DNA of 60,861 nucleotides, from positions 1 through 60,861 of the forward strand of contig BTVJ01000046.1 of the NCBI GenBank assembly GCA_045863395.1, written 5' to 3'. Below the pieces are notes generated by a model, which was not told the DNA's origin, ran no database searches, and was given only the letters and a program-made list of their open reading frames with translations. The position numbers and the translations under genes were made by a program. Below are positions 39,456-49,119 of the stretch, one piece after another; position 1 is the stretch's first letter; each line of letters starts with the position of its first letter. The DNA is from Myxococcales bacterium (lineage in GTDB: Bacteria; Myxococcota_A; UBA9042; JABWCM01; BTVJ01).

Positions 39456-40169
39456 TCAACCGGCGGTTCGCGCCTCGACCACCGTGCCCCCCGTCGGCGG
39501 GCCGATGGCGATCTCCGCCTCGGAGCGACGCAGGTACACGGGCCGTATCTCGGCGAGAGGGCGGGTTCCGCGGAGCGCGATCTGCGCGACGGCAAGGGCG
39601 GCGATGGCGGCCCCGCGGGGCTCGTCGAGGGCGACCGGCCCCGGAGTGAGCGGCCTCACACCGGCGAAGGCCGGACCCCGGGAGCCGTCGCCGACCAGCA
39701 GGGCCTCGACCCCAGCCGCCAGGATCGCGTCGCGGACCGCCTCGGCGGTTCCCACCCGCGGCGGCACCAGCACCTCCACGGCGCCCGCCACCCGGTAGAG
39801 GGCGCCGTAGACCTCGCCCTTGCGCGCGTCGATGACCGGCGCGATCACGCCACGCCCGGCGGACCACGCGATGGCCTCCAGGGAGACGACCCCCTCGACG
39901 GGGACCCCGGACGCCCACCCGAGGGCTCGCGCGGTCGCCATGGCGGCCCGGATCCCCGTGAAGGAGCCCGGGCCCACCCCCACGGCGATGAGATCGAGGT
40001 CCGCAGGCGCGAGGCCGTGGTCCTGGAGCACCGCCTCCACGTCTCCCAGCAGGCGGCCACCAGCGCCCGTGGGGATGCGCGTTGCCCGCTCGGAGAGCAC
40101 GCGGTCGCGCACCAGGGCCACGACGGCCATGGGCGTCGAGGCGTCCAGGGCGAGGACCAGGGGAGGCAT
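39456..40169 (-). CDS. tsaB: tRNA t6A biosynthesis protein TsaB
   Basis: LALDAST, GVGPGSFTGIR, IDARKGEVY, PVYLRRSEAE. Confidence 0.93.
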   Translation of the reverse strand: MPPLVLALDASTPMAVVALVRDRVLSERATRIPTGAGGRLLGDVEAVLQDHGLAPADLDLIAVGVGPGSFTGIRAAMATARALGWASGVPVEGVVSLEAIAWSAGRGVIAPVIDARKGEVYGALYRVAGAVEVLVPPRVGTAEAVRDAILAAGVEALLVGDGSRGPAFAGVRPLTPGPVALDEPRGAAIAALAVAQIALRGTRPLAEIRPVYLRRSEAEIAIGPPTGGTVVEARTAG

Positions 40170-41827
40170 CACTGGAAGGCGCCGATGATGTCGTCCCACT
40201 TGCGCTCCAGGTCATTCTTGAAGACCAGGACCATGAGCAGGATGATGAAGGAGAAGCCCACGTAGGTCGCGATCTGGCGGGTGCGCATGCTGACCGGGCT
40301 GCGCTTGACCGCCTCGATGGCAAAGAACAGCAGGTGGCCCCCATCCAATATGGGGATGGGGAGCAGGTTCAGGAGCCCCAGGTTGATGGACAGCATGACC
40401 ATGACCTGGAAGAAGTAGGTCCAGCCCGCCTCCTGGGTCTTGCCCGCGATGTCATAGATGAGGATCGGGCCGCCCAGGTCCTTCAGCGGCACCTTGCCCC
40501 TGAAGAGCCCCGCGATGGCGAGCACGTTGAGCTTGAGCTTGTCCCAGGTCTCGACGGTGGCGTTGTGCCACGCCAGCGCCAGCTTCGCCTCGTTGTCCAC
40601 GGGGCCCGGCACTCCGTAGCTGCTGTGGTTGATGGCGCCGAAGACGGCGACCTTCATGTCCGTGTTGAGATCCGACTTCTCCACCGTGACCGACGGGGTG
40701 AAGCGCCGCTCGATCACCTCGGCGCCCCTGCGCCAGGCGAGCACGCGCTCCCGCTCGGGCTCGTCGCTCACCGACGTCTCCAGGAACAGCCACGACGGGA
40801 TCTCCTCGCCGTCCAGGGTCAGGATCTGGTCGCCCCGCTGGAGCCCGATCTGGTCCGCCGGCGTCCCCGGCCGGACCGCCCACACGTAGAACTCGGCCGT
40901 GTCGAGCCCGAGGTCCGCCAGCTCAGCGGTCTGGGGGCTGAGCTGCACGTCCCGGGCCGTGGCCAGCACGCCGAGTGAGACGCCGGAAGACGCCGCCGTC
41001 CCCCAGTCCGCCTCCCGCAGAATCGTGAGGGTGAGCGGCCCCTTCGCCGCGCGGACGGCGCTCTCCAGGTCGGGGAACTTCTCGATGGGGCGCCCGTCGA
41101 TGGCGACCACCCGGTCCCAGCTTTGGAGACCCGCGCCCTCCGCCGCGGAGCCCGGCGCCACGTGGATCAGCGGCTCCAGGTAGTGGCGCACCACCCGGAT
41201 CTGCCCCTTCCGATCGATGGCGCCGATGTCCGCGTAGCGCACGCGCTCATAGGAGCGGGGTGTCACCTGCGTGCTGAGGCGCTGCCCGTCCCGCTCGTAC
41301 TCGATGGTCAGGTTCTGCTCGGCGGCCCCCTCCACCCGGTCCTGGAGCTGCCACCAGTACTTCACCTCGGAGCCGTCGATGGACACGATGCGGTCGCCCG
41401 AGCGCAGCCCCGCCTCCCAGGCCGGCCCCCCCTTGATGACCATGCCGAGGGTCGCCGGGAAGACCGGCTGCCCGAAGGCCATGAAGAAGAAGATGAACAC
41501 CGGGAGGATCAGGTTGAAGAAGGGCCCCGCGAGCACGATGAGGAAGCGCTTCCACAGGGCCTGGGTGTTGAAGGCGTAGGAGCGGTCCTCGTCGCGGACG
41601 GGCTCCGTCGGGTCGTCGCCGAACATCTTGACGTAGCCGCCGAGCGGCAAGGCGCAGACGATGTACTCGGTGCCCGAGCGCCTGGAGGTCCAGCCGAACA
41701 GGCGGGGTCCGAAGCCGAGCGAGAAGGTCAGCACCTTGACGCCGCAGGCGCGCGCCGTGAGGAAGTGGCCGAGCTCGTGGAAGAAGATGAGCCCGCCGAG
41801 CAGCAAGATGAAGTAGACGAATCCCAT
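40169..41827 (-). CDS. rseP: RIP metalloprotease RseP with multiple PDZ domains
   Basis: FFHELGH, FSLGFG, PLGGYVKM, AGPFFN, NLLPIPILDGG. Confidence 0.95.
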   Translation of the reverse strand: MGFVYFILLLGGLIFFHELGHFLTARACGVKVLTFSLGFGPRLFGWTSRRSGTEYIVCALPLGGYVKMFGDDPTEPVRDEDRSYAFNTQALWKRFLIVLAGPFFNLILPVFIFFFMAFGQPVFPATLGMVIKGGPAWEAGLRSGDRIVSIDGSEVKYWWQLQDRVEGAAEQNLTIEYERDGQRLSTQVTPRSYERVRYADIGAIDRKGQIRVVRHYLEPLIHVAPGSAAEGAGLQSWDRVVAIDGRPIEKFPDLESAVRAAKGPLTLTILREADWGTAASSGVSLGVLATARDVQLSPQTAELADLGLDTAEFYVWAVRPGTPADQIGLQRGDQILTLDGEEIPSWLFLETSVSDEPERERVLAWRRGAEVIERRFTPSVTVEKSDLNTDMKVAVFGAINHSSYGVPGPVDNEAKLALAWHNATVETWDKLKLNVLAIAGLFRGKVPLKDLGGPILIYDIAGKTQEAGWTYFFQVMVMLSINLGLLNLLPIPILDGGHLLFFAIEAVKRSPVSMRTRQIATYVGFSFIILLMVLVFKNDLERKWDDIIGAFQ

Positions 41828-41992
41828 GGAGCTCCGGGGTGTGCGCTCGGCTGCAACCCACGGCGGCCGTCGCTGGATTCCCGGGATGGTACAGGGGCGG
41901 CCCGGGGAGGACAAGCGCGCGGGTCGCACTCGGGAAATGGAAGGCCAGGTCGAATGCTGCGATGATGGCGCCCCCTTCGGCGGAGAGGTTCG

Positions 41993-43462
41993 GTGGCACG
42001 TCACATCCGCGAGCTGATCGGCACGACGGCGATCTACAGCGCCGGGACTCTGCTCACGCAGTTCGTGTCGTTCCTGCTCCTGCCGCTCTACACCCGGTAT
42101 CTGACCCCCGCGGACTACGGCGTGCTCTCGCTGGTGGTCGTCGTCCAGTCCCTGCTGGTCGTGTTCTCCGACCTGTCGATCACGAGCGGCGTCTTCCGGT
42201 TCTACCACTCCACGGACGAGGGCCCCGAACGGCGGCGCCTGCTGGCAACGGGCTTCGGCAGCGTACTCTTGACCGCCGGCCTCACAGTGGCCGCGGTGCA
42301 GCTCTTCGCCGACCCGCTGGCGGACCTGGCCTTCGACTTCCGCGGAGGGGGCCCGCTCTTGCGCATCGCGTCCGCGTCCTGCTTCGCCATCACCCTCGGC
42401 ACCATGCTCCAGCGCGTGCTCCAGCTCCACCGGCGCCCGTTCCTCTACATGGTCGTGTCGTTCGCCCAGTTCCTGATCACCGTGGGCACCACCGTGTGGC
42501 TGGTCGTGGGGGAAGGCGCCGGGGTGCGCGGCGTGCTGCTCGGGCAGCTCACGGGTGTCTCGGTGACGGCTCTGGTGGCCCTCGTCGTCCTCGGTCCGGT
42601 GCTTCGCGCCGGCATGGACGGAGCCCGGTGGCGCCAGCTCCTCGCCTTCAGCCTGCCGCTGGTCCCGACCGCGCTCGCCGCCATGGTCATCGCCGCGTCG
42701 GACCGCTTCTTCCTGGAGCGCCTGTCCACGCTCCACGAGGTGGGCATGTACTCCGTGGCGGACAAGATGGCGCAGGTGCTGCAAGTGCTCGTCATCGTCC
42801 CCTTCTCCATGAGCTGGAACGAGCTGGCGTTCAGGAACCAGAGCGACCCCGAGCTCCCCCGGACGTTCGCCCGCACCTTCCGGCTCTACGCCGTCGGCAT
42901 GAGCACCGTGATCGTCCTGTTCACGCTGGTGATCCGCAACCTGCTCTCTCTGGCGACGACCCCCGAGTTCGTGCCTGCGTGGGTCGTGGTGCCGCTCCTC
43001 GCCGTGGCGCCCCTGGCGCAGGGCTTCTCCATGATCCTGTACACGGGCATCCACCTGTCGGGGCGCACACGGGCCATCCCCCTGATCTTCCTGGTGGGCA
43101 TGACGCTGAACCTGGCGCTCAACTGGGCGCTGATCCCGTCGCTCGGCATGCTCGGGGCCGCCATCGCCACCGCGCTCAGCGTGACGGTCAACGTGGCGCT
43201 GACCTTGCGGGTCTCCCGGCAGGCGTGGCCCGTCGACTATCCGGTGGGGGCGGCGCTGCGGGCGGTCGCGGCGGCGATGATCGCCCTCGGCGCCTACGTC
43301 GCGCTGGAGAGCGACGCCTGGGGGCCGTCCATCGCGCTGCGCCTCGCGTGCCTGGGCGGATTCCTCGGCCTCCTGCGGCTCTTCGGGGTGGTCCGGGTGG
43401 GCGAGGTGATCGCGCTCTGGCGCAGGGTGCGCGCGGCATGGACCCACCGTCGCCGGGGTTGA
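41993..43462 (+). CDS. Polysaccharide flippase (Wzx-like)
   Basis: FLLLPLYTRYLTPADYG, SDRFFL, VGMYSVA, LIPSLGMLGAAIAT. Confidence 0.88.
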   Translation: MARHIRELIGTTAIYSAGTLLTQFVSFLLLPLYTRYLTPADYGVLSLVVVVQSLLVVFSDLSITSGVFRFYHSTDEGPERRRLLATGFGSVLLTAGLTVAAVQLFADPLADLAFDFRGGGPLLRIASASCFAITLGTMLQRVLQLHRRPFLYMVVSFAQFLITVGTTVWLVVGEGAGVRGVLLGQLTGVSVTALVALVVLGPVLRAGMDGARWRQLLAFSLPLVPTALAAMVIAASDRFFLERLSTLHEVGMYSVADKMAQVLQVLVIVPFSMSWNELAFRNQSDPELPRTFARTFRLYAVGMSTVIVLFTLVIRNLLSLATTPEFVPAWVVVPLLAVAPLAQGFSMILYTGIHLSGRTRAIPLIFLVGMTLNLALNWALIPSLGMLGAAIATALSVTVNVALTLRVSRQAWPVDYPVGAALRAVAAAMIALGAYVALESDAWGPSIALRLACLGGFLGLLRLFGVVRVGEVIALWRRVRAAWTHRRRG

Positions 43463-43523
43463 GCCCTTGCCAGGGACGCCCAGGGACGGCATGCTCACCC
43501 GTCCGCGAGGCAGGAGGACCCCC

Positions 43524-43739
43524 ATGAAGTGCGCCATCTGCAAGCAGCCGGTCCCGCCGCGCCCGCAGAACAAGAGCTTCCCGTTCTGCTGCGAGCGCTG
43601 CCGCATGACCGATCTCGGCCGCTGGCTGGCCGAGGACTACACGATCAGCGAGCCCTTGTGGATGGACCCCGAAGCAGCCGACAGCGGCGCGGGCCTCGAG
43701 CAGGTCGACAGGAGAGACGATGACGAGAACCTTCATTAG
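43524..43739 (+). CDS. yacG: DNA gyrase inhibitor YacG
   Basis: AGGAGG RBS; CAICK..PFCCERCRMTDLGRW..Y. Confidence 0.9.
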   Translation: MKCAICKQPVPPRPQNKSFPFCCERCRMTDLGRWLAEDYTISEPLWMDPEAADSGAGLEQVDRRDDDENLH

Positions 43740-45750
43740 TCTGGCTGTGCTGCTCCTCGTGGGGCAGGCCGCGGCCACGGAGCGATCACTGCGCCCCGAG
43801 CTGGGGGTCCACTCGCTCCCGAACGGCCTGACCATCTACACCCTGGAGGACCACAGCGCCCCGCTGGTCACCTACCAGGTGTGGTTCAAGGTGGGCAGCT
43901 CCCACGAGCGTCAGGGCGCCGGAGGGCGCCACGGCATCACGGGTCTGAGCCACTTCTTCGAGCACATGATGTTCCGGGGCACGAAGCGCTTCCCCAAGTT
44001 CTTCGACGACATCTACTCCATGGGCGGCAAGCTCAACGCCTGGACCTGGATGGACTCGACCGTCTACTGGGAGAAGCTGCCCTCGCGGTACCTGGGGCGC
44101 GCCATCGAGATGGAGGCCGACCGCCTCGCCAACATGGAGATGAGCTTCCTCGCGCTGGAACCGGAGCGGGAGGTGGTCAAGTCGGAACGCCTGCTGCGCA
44201 CCGAGAACAGCGCCGACGGGGCCATGGCGGAGCTGCTGGACAAGACGTCGTTCACGACGCACCCGTACCACTGGCCGACCGTTGGGTGGATGAGCGATCT
44301 GAACGCCATCACGCTGGAGGAGGCGTCCACCTACTACAAGCAGCACTACGGGCCCAACAACGCCTACGTGATCATCGTGGGGGACTTCGACACGAAGGAG
44401 GCGCTGGCGCTCGTCAAGGCGGCCTACGGGGGGATGCCGCGCGCGGAGGTGCCGAACCACGTGCGGCCAGTGGAGCCCGAGCCAGACCGGGAGCGGCGCG
44501 ACTTCATCGAGAAGCCCGTGGACAACGACCGCATGACCATCGGCTGGCGCATCCCGGGCCTGGCGGCGCGTGACTTCATGGTGCTGGAGATCATCGATCA
44601 GGTCCTGACGGGCGGGAAGTCCTCGCGGCTCCAGAAGGAGCTCGTGTACGCCAAGGACCCGGCCGTGCAGTCCTTGTCAGCGGCGCTCTACCCCGTGCGC
44701 GACCCATACCACTACCTGTGGCAGGTCACCATGATGCCGGGGCGCGGCAACCACGAGGCAGAGGCGGCCATCGACCGGGCCATTGCGCGTCTGGCCGGCG
44801 AGCCCGTCGGGGCGCGGGAGCTGGAGAAGGCCGTCAACCGGCTGCGGGCCCAGGCGATCAACGGCATGCTGACCACCCAGCAGCGGGCGGACCTCATCGG
44901 GTTTGGCGTGCTGACCGGCGACGACCCCTACCTGTTCTATGATCGGCTGGAGCTCTACGACGAGGTGACGGCGGCGGACGTGCAGCGAGTGGCGGCGCAG
45001 CTCCTGGTGCCGAAGCGCAAGGTGGTGATCACGGCGGTGGATCCGAAGCGCCAGGTGGCGGTGCTGGACGCGGTGGTCAAGGTGGCGCCGTCTGAGGTGG
45101 CGGGGCTGGACGAGGCGCTGCGCAAGGCGACGGAGCTCACGCTGAAGGAGGCGGAGGTCAGGCTGGCCTTGGAGCAGGTCGCCCAGGAGGAGGCGGCGAT
45201 CAAGCTGCTGGGAGACCGGGCGAAGCTGGCCCGCAAGGAGGCCGAGGGGCGCGGCGCCACGGACGAGGTGGCGGCCATCGACGAGTATGTGCAGAAGAGC
45301 GAGAAGGGCACCGTGGTCCGCGGCGAGCGGGCCAAGGCGCAGCGGGAGGCGGCGACCAAGGCCAAGGCCGAGCTGGAGGCCGCGTGGAAGGAGCTGCAGA
45401 AGCAGGCGGGCCTGGCGAAGGGGCTCAAGGGGGAGCCTCCTCGGGACGCGCTCCGCAGGGCGGCGCTGTCGGCGCTGCTCGCTCGGGGCAAGGGGCGGTG
45501 GGCGTCGCCCAAGGAGGTCGGGGGCGCGAGCCCCGTGGACCTCGCCCTCTTTGCTGCGCAGGAGGCCGCATGGCTGGACGCGACCGGCAAGCGCGAGCCG
45601 GGGGCGAGACTGCGCGGGGAGACCCTGAGCTGGGTAGGCAACTCGATGAAGAAGGCGGAGGGCGACGAGGCCGTTGCCCTGCGCGAGGTCTACGAATGGC
45701 TCCACGACACGCGGCGCGCGGGCGTCTTCGACGGGAGGGATGGGCGATGA
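43720..45750 (+). CDS. M16 zinc peptidase, catalytic subunit, with helical C-terminal extension
   Basis: Signal peptide, LPNGL, GLSHFFEHMMF (HxxEH), HPYHWP, YGPNNA. Confidence 0.9.
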   Translation: MTRTFISLAVLLLVGQAAATERSLRPELGVHSLPNGLTIYTLEDHSAPLVTYQVWFKVGSSHERQGAGGRHGITGLSHFFEHMMFRGTKRFPKFFDDIYSMGGKLNAWTWMDSTVYWEKLPSRYLGRAIEMEADRLANMEMSFLALEPEREVVKSERLLRTENSADGAMAELLDKTSFTTHPYHWPTVGWMSDLNAITLEEASTYYKQHYGPNNAYVIIVGDFDTKEALALVKAAYGGMPRAEVPNHVRPVEPEPDRERRDFIEKPVDNDRMTIGWRIPGLAARDFMVLEIIDQVLTGGKSSRLQKELVYAKDPAVQSLSAALYPVRDPYHYLWQVTMMPGRGNHEAEAAIDRAIARLAGEPVGARELEKAVNRLRAQAINGMLTTQQRADLIGFGVLTGDDPYLFYDRLELYDEVTAADVQRVAAQLLVPKRKVVITAVDPKRQVAVLDAVVKVAPSEVAGLDEALRKATELTLKEAEVRLALEQVAQEEAAIKLLGDRAKLARKEAEGRGATDEVAAIDEYVQKSEKGTVVRGERAKAQREAATKAKAELEAAWKELQKQAGLAKGLKGEPPRDALRRAALSALLARGKGRWASPKEVGGASPVDLALFAAQEAAWLDATGKREPGARLRGETLSWVGNSMKKAEGDEAVALREVYEWLHDTRRAGVFDGRDGR

Positions 45751-47276
45751 GCCGGATCGTGCTGGCGGCGCTCGCCGCGTGGATGGTCGCAGGAGAGGCG
45801 CGGGCGGAGGTGCAGCCGCTCACGCTGCCGGCGGTCCAGTCCCACCGCCTGGACAACGGACTGCTCGTGCTGATCTACGAGAACGACCAGGTGCCTCTGG
45901 CGACGTTCAAGCTGGTGGCCAAGGCGGGGAGCCTGCTCGACGCGCCGGGCAAGGAGGGCACGGCGGATCTCGCGGCGCGCCTGATGAGCTATGGCACTGA
46001 GACGCTCAGCGAGGACGACATCTCCGGGACCGTGGATCACCTGGGGGCGACGCTGGAGGCGGGGGCCGGGCAGCGCTCCATGATGCTGTACGGGAACGTG
46101 ACGACCGTGAGCCCGAAGAGCCTGCGCACCTTCATGGATCTGTACGCGGACGTGGCGCGCAACCCCGCGTTCCGGCAGGAGGCCCTCGACAAGGTGCGGC
46201 AGCAGCGCAAGGGGGCGCTGGTCTCGCTGAAGGAGGACAACGCATCCCTCGCCGCCATCGCCATGCAGCGCGTCGGCCTCGAGGGGCACCCGCTGGGCAG
46301 GCCACGGGGCGGCACCCCGACGAGCCTCGACGCCATCGGCCGCGAGGATCTGGTGGACCTGTACCGGCGCGCCTTCGCCCCGGAGCACATGGTCCTCGGG
46401 GTGGCCGGCGACGTGAAGGCCAGCGAGATCCTGGCGTGGGCCAACGAGCGGCTCGGGGGCCTGGAGTGGGGCTCCAACTGCCAGCCGGGGCAGAGCGGGT
46501 GCAAGGAGCGCATCTGCGTGCCGGGCAAGGCGCCGCAGACCTGTGAGCGGCTCTGCATCCTGTCCATGTGCGAGGCGAACCCCGTGCTGTCCATGGCGGC
46601 ACCTGCGGAGCGGGACGGGCTGCGCGTGGTGCTCGTCGACAAGCAGGACCCGACGCTCAACCAGGTGCAGTGGCAGCTCGGCGCGCCGGGGGTGATCGCG
46701 ACCGGAGACGACGACTGGTTCGCGTGGCGGCTCGCGACCCAGGTGCTGGGTGGTGACTTCACCGCGCGCCTCAACACGGTGCTGCGCGTGAAGGAGGGCC
46801 TCACCTACGGGGCGCGGCTCTCCGTGGATCACGACACGTACCGCCCCGGCGTGATCGCGGTGAGCACCTTCGTCAAGCCGAAGGACCTCGTGCGGTCCGT
46901 GGAGCTGACCCTGGCGGAGCTGCGGGGGATCGTGACCGACCCGATCGGCGACGAGGAGCTCCAGAGCTTCAAGTCCAAGGTCATCGAGTCGCAGCCCTTC
47001 CGGTTCGAGACGACGGGCAGCGCCCTGGACGAGATCCTGAACCTGCGCCTCGGAGACCTGCCCGACGCCTTCCTCGCGGAGTATCCCGTGCGCCTGGACG
47101 CGGTGACCGCGGAGCAGGCCCTCGGGGCGGCCCGGCGGGGGCTGCCGGTCGGGGGGCTCACCCTGGTCGCCGTGGGCAACGCGGACATGGCGGAGGAGCT
47201 GGGCAAGCTCCTGCCTCAGGGGGGCACGGTGGAGGTGGTGCCCGTGGACGCGCTCCTCGACCCCAAGCCCCGGTGA
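45747..47276 (+). CDS. M16 peptidase, non-catalytic partner subunit
   Basis: ATGA overlap; LDNGL, lacks HxxEH, RLNTVLRVKEGLTYG. Confidence 0.88.
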   Translation: MSRIVLAALAAWMVAGEARAEVQPLTLPAVQSHRLDNGLLVLIYENDQVPLATFKLVAKAGSLLDAPGKEGTADLAARLMSYGTETLSEDDISGTVDHLGATLEAGAGQRSMMLYGNVTTVSPKSLRTFMDLYADVARNPAFRQEALDKVRQQRKGALVSLKEDNASLAAIAMQRVGLEGHPLGRPRGGTPTSLDAIGREDLVDLYRRAFAPEHMVLGVAGDVKASEILAWANERLGGLEWGSNCQPGQSGCKERICVPGKAPQTCERLCILSMCEANPVLSMAAPAERDGLRVVLVDKQDPTLNQVQWQLGAPGVIATGDDDWFAWRLATQVLGGDFTARLNTVLRVKEGLTYGARLSVDHDTYRPGVIAVSTFVKPKDLVRSVELTLAELRGIVTDPIGDEELQSFKSKVIESQPFRFETTGSALDEILNLRLGDLPDAFLAEYPVRLDAVTAEQALGAARRGLPVGGLTLVAVGNADMAEELGKLLPQGGTVEVVPVDALLDPKPR

Positions 47277-47920
47277 TTCGCCGGGTGGATCTCGGGCGCC
47301 TCGACTACGGGCAGGCGACGCAACTCCAGGAAGGGCTCGTGGACAGGCGGGCGGCGGGGGAGGTCGGTGACCTGCTCCTTCTGCTCGAACACGACCACGT
47401 CTTCACGCTGGGGCGGCGGGGGCAGCGGGAGAACCTGCTCGACCCGCTGGACGAGCACGGGGAGCCCATCCCGGTGTTCGAGGTGGCGCGGGGAGGCGAC
47501 ATCACCTACCACGGCCCGGGGCAGCTCGTCGGCTACCCCATCGTGAAGTTGGGCGATCACGGCGGCGACGTAGTGCGGTACTTGCGGGCGCTGGAAGAGG
47601 CGCTGATCGTTGCGGTGGGGCGCTTCGGTGTGTCGGCGGAGAGGAATCCTCCATACACGGGCATCTGGAGCGGTGGAGAGAAGATCGCGAGCATCGGCAT
47701 CTCCGTTCGCCGTGATGTGACCTGGCACGGCTTCGCGCTCAACGTCTCAACGGATCTCTCGTACTTCGACCGCATCGTGCCGTGTGGGCTCAGGTGGGCC
47801 CGCATGACCTCCCTGGAGCGCCTGCTCGGGCGCGGCCTGTGGATTGGGGAGGTGCGAGACGCGGTGGCGGAGGGGATCGCGGCAGCGCTCGGGGTGGCGG
47901 TGGAGCGCGGGGAGCTGTAG
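47273..47920 (+). CDS. lipB: Lipoyl(octanoyl) transferase
   Basis: LLEHDHVFTLG, RGGDITYHGPGQLVGYP, KIASIG, HGFALN, IVPCG. Confidence 0.95.
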   Translation: MIRRVDLGRLDYGQATQLQEGLVDRRAAGEVGDLLLLLEHDHVFTLGRRGQRENLLDPLDEHGEPIPVFEVARGGDITYHGPGQLVGYPIVKLGDHGGDVVRYLRALEEALIVAVGRFGVSAERNPPYTGIWSGGEKIASIGISVRRDVTWHGFALNVSTDLSYFDRIVPCGLRWARMTSLERLLGRGLWIGEVRDAVAEGIAAALGVAVERGEL

Positions 47921-47926
47921 CAGGGC

Positions 47927-48826
47927 CTACCGGCAGACGGCGGAGCGGACCCACCCGAGGACGCTGGACTTGATGGTGGTGACCTCTGCGGCGGTGAGCC
48001 GGTCGGCGCCCGTCCGAGTCTTGTCGCGCGTCCCGCCAGTCTCCATGAGCCCGCCGTGGGTGTGGCCCGCGTTGGTCAGGATGTGGCCCAGCTCGTGGGC
48101 GAATGTGTCGGGGCCCGAGTGGTCCGTGGCGACCGCCGCCAGCTTGTTGTAGCTCGCCCCGAAGCTGTAGGCCGGGCTGGACGTGCCCGACAGGTCGTCG
48201 CCGTCCTGGTTCAGGACCCGCTTGGCCCAGAGGCCCGCGATGGCCGTCGTGGGGACGTACTCTCTCACGACCGCCGCCATGTCCGCGTGGGTGAAGCGCT
48301 TGGAGCCCTGGGCGCCGGTGGTGGTGCGGTCCAGGCGGAAGTTGTCATCCACGGCGTGACCGGTGACCCGCCGGGTGTCCTCCCGGCTGATGGTGCGGTC
48401 GACCACCTTCGTGATGCGGATGCCGTGGTGGCCGTAGATGGTGTTGGCCCGCCGCACGTCCGCCTCGATGTTGTTGGCCGCGTTCCAGAAGCGGTAGCAC
48501 AGCACCGGCACCTCGAACTGGTTGGCGCCGCCGGTGGTCGTCGCGGGGGTCTCGTAGAGCTCCTGGAGCACGTCGTGGAGCAGGCCCTCCCCGTCCAGGG
48601 TGCGGACGAGCAGAGCGAAGCGCTCGTTGCCGAGGGACTCCAGGCTGGAGGTCAGGTTGTCTCGCTGAGTCGCCGTCAGCGGCTGGTGGGCCGCCGCGCT
48701 GCGCATGAGCTCCAGGATCTCGTCGTAGGAGAGCTGGCGGCAGACCTGGTCTTCGACGGGGGAGGCGGCCTCTGTGACCGGGGCGGAGGACGTGGGGGCT
48801 TCGCACACCTGACGCTCTGGGTCCAT
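47927..48826 (-). CDS. Zinc metalloprotease-domain protein without signal peptide (effector-like)
   Basis: AAGGAG RBS; C-terminal TFAHELGHILTNAGH..GGLM; low-complexity N-terminus. Confidence 0.75.
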   Translation of the reverse strand: MDPERQVCEAPTSSAPVTEAASPVEDQVCRQLSYDEILELMRSAAAHQPLTATQRDNLTSSLESLGNERFALLVRTLDGEGLLHDVLQELYETPATTTGGANQFEVPVLCYRFWNAANNIEADVRRANTIYGHHGIRITKVVDRTISREDTRRVTGHAVDDNFRLDRTTTGAQGSKRFTHADMAAVVREYVPTTAIAGLWAKRVLNQDGDDLSGTSSPAYSFGASYNKLAAVATDHSGPDTFAHELGHILTNAGHTHGGLMETGGTRDKTRTGADRLTAAEVTTIKSSVLGWVRSAVCR

Positions 48827-48890
48827 CTTCTATCTCCTTGCGGCGCGGGCCGCGTGGCGCTTCGTCGTCATCTCCCCCTCTGGAGCGGAC

Positions 48891-48906
48891 AGCAAGGGCC
48901 GTGCCA
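48891..48906 (-). promoter_or_regulatory. Sigma54 (-24/-12) promoter
   Basis: Minus strand reads TGGCACGGCCCTTGCT, an exact match to TGGCACG-N4-TTGCW, 65 nt upstream of the 48826 start. Confidence 0.8.
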
Positions 48907-49066
48907 CGCGCGGCGCGGGCAAGCATATCGTGACATGCGCGTCAATGACGAAGTGCGGCGGGGTCGGTTACACCCCACGGTTTGCCGGGGTCCGTTGGCC
49001 CCGTGTGGGGTCGGGACACCCCGACGAGGAGAGCGGGTCCCGATGGGGGAGGCGCCGTAGGGCGCG

Positions 49067-49095
49067 TTGACCGTCCGCGCGGAGCCGCCTATGCT
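49067..49095 (+). promoter_or_regulatory. Sigma70-type promoter for the WD40-ATPase pair
   Basis: TTGACC-17 nt-TATGCT, then GGAGG RBS. Confidence 0.6.
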
Positions 49096-49119
49096 CGCAG
49101 CATCCCTCGGAGGACCGCC

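Noticed and set aside
40169..43606. 1145-aa RseP with a huge N-terminal extension
   Set aside because: The extension is the antisense of the Wzx flippase; RseP homology begins at MGFVYF (41827).
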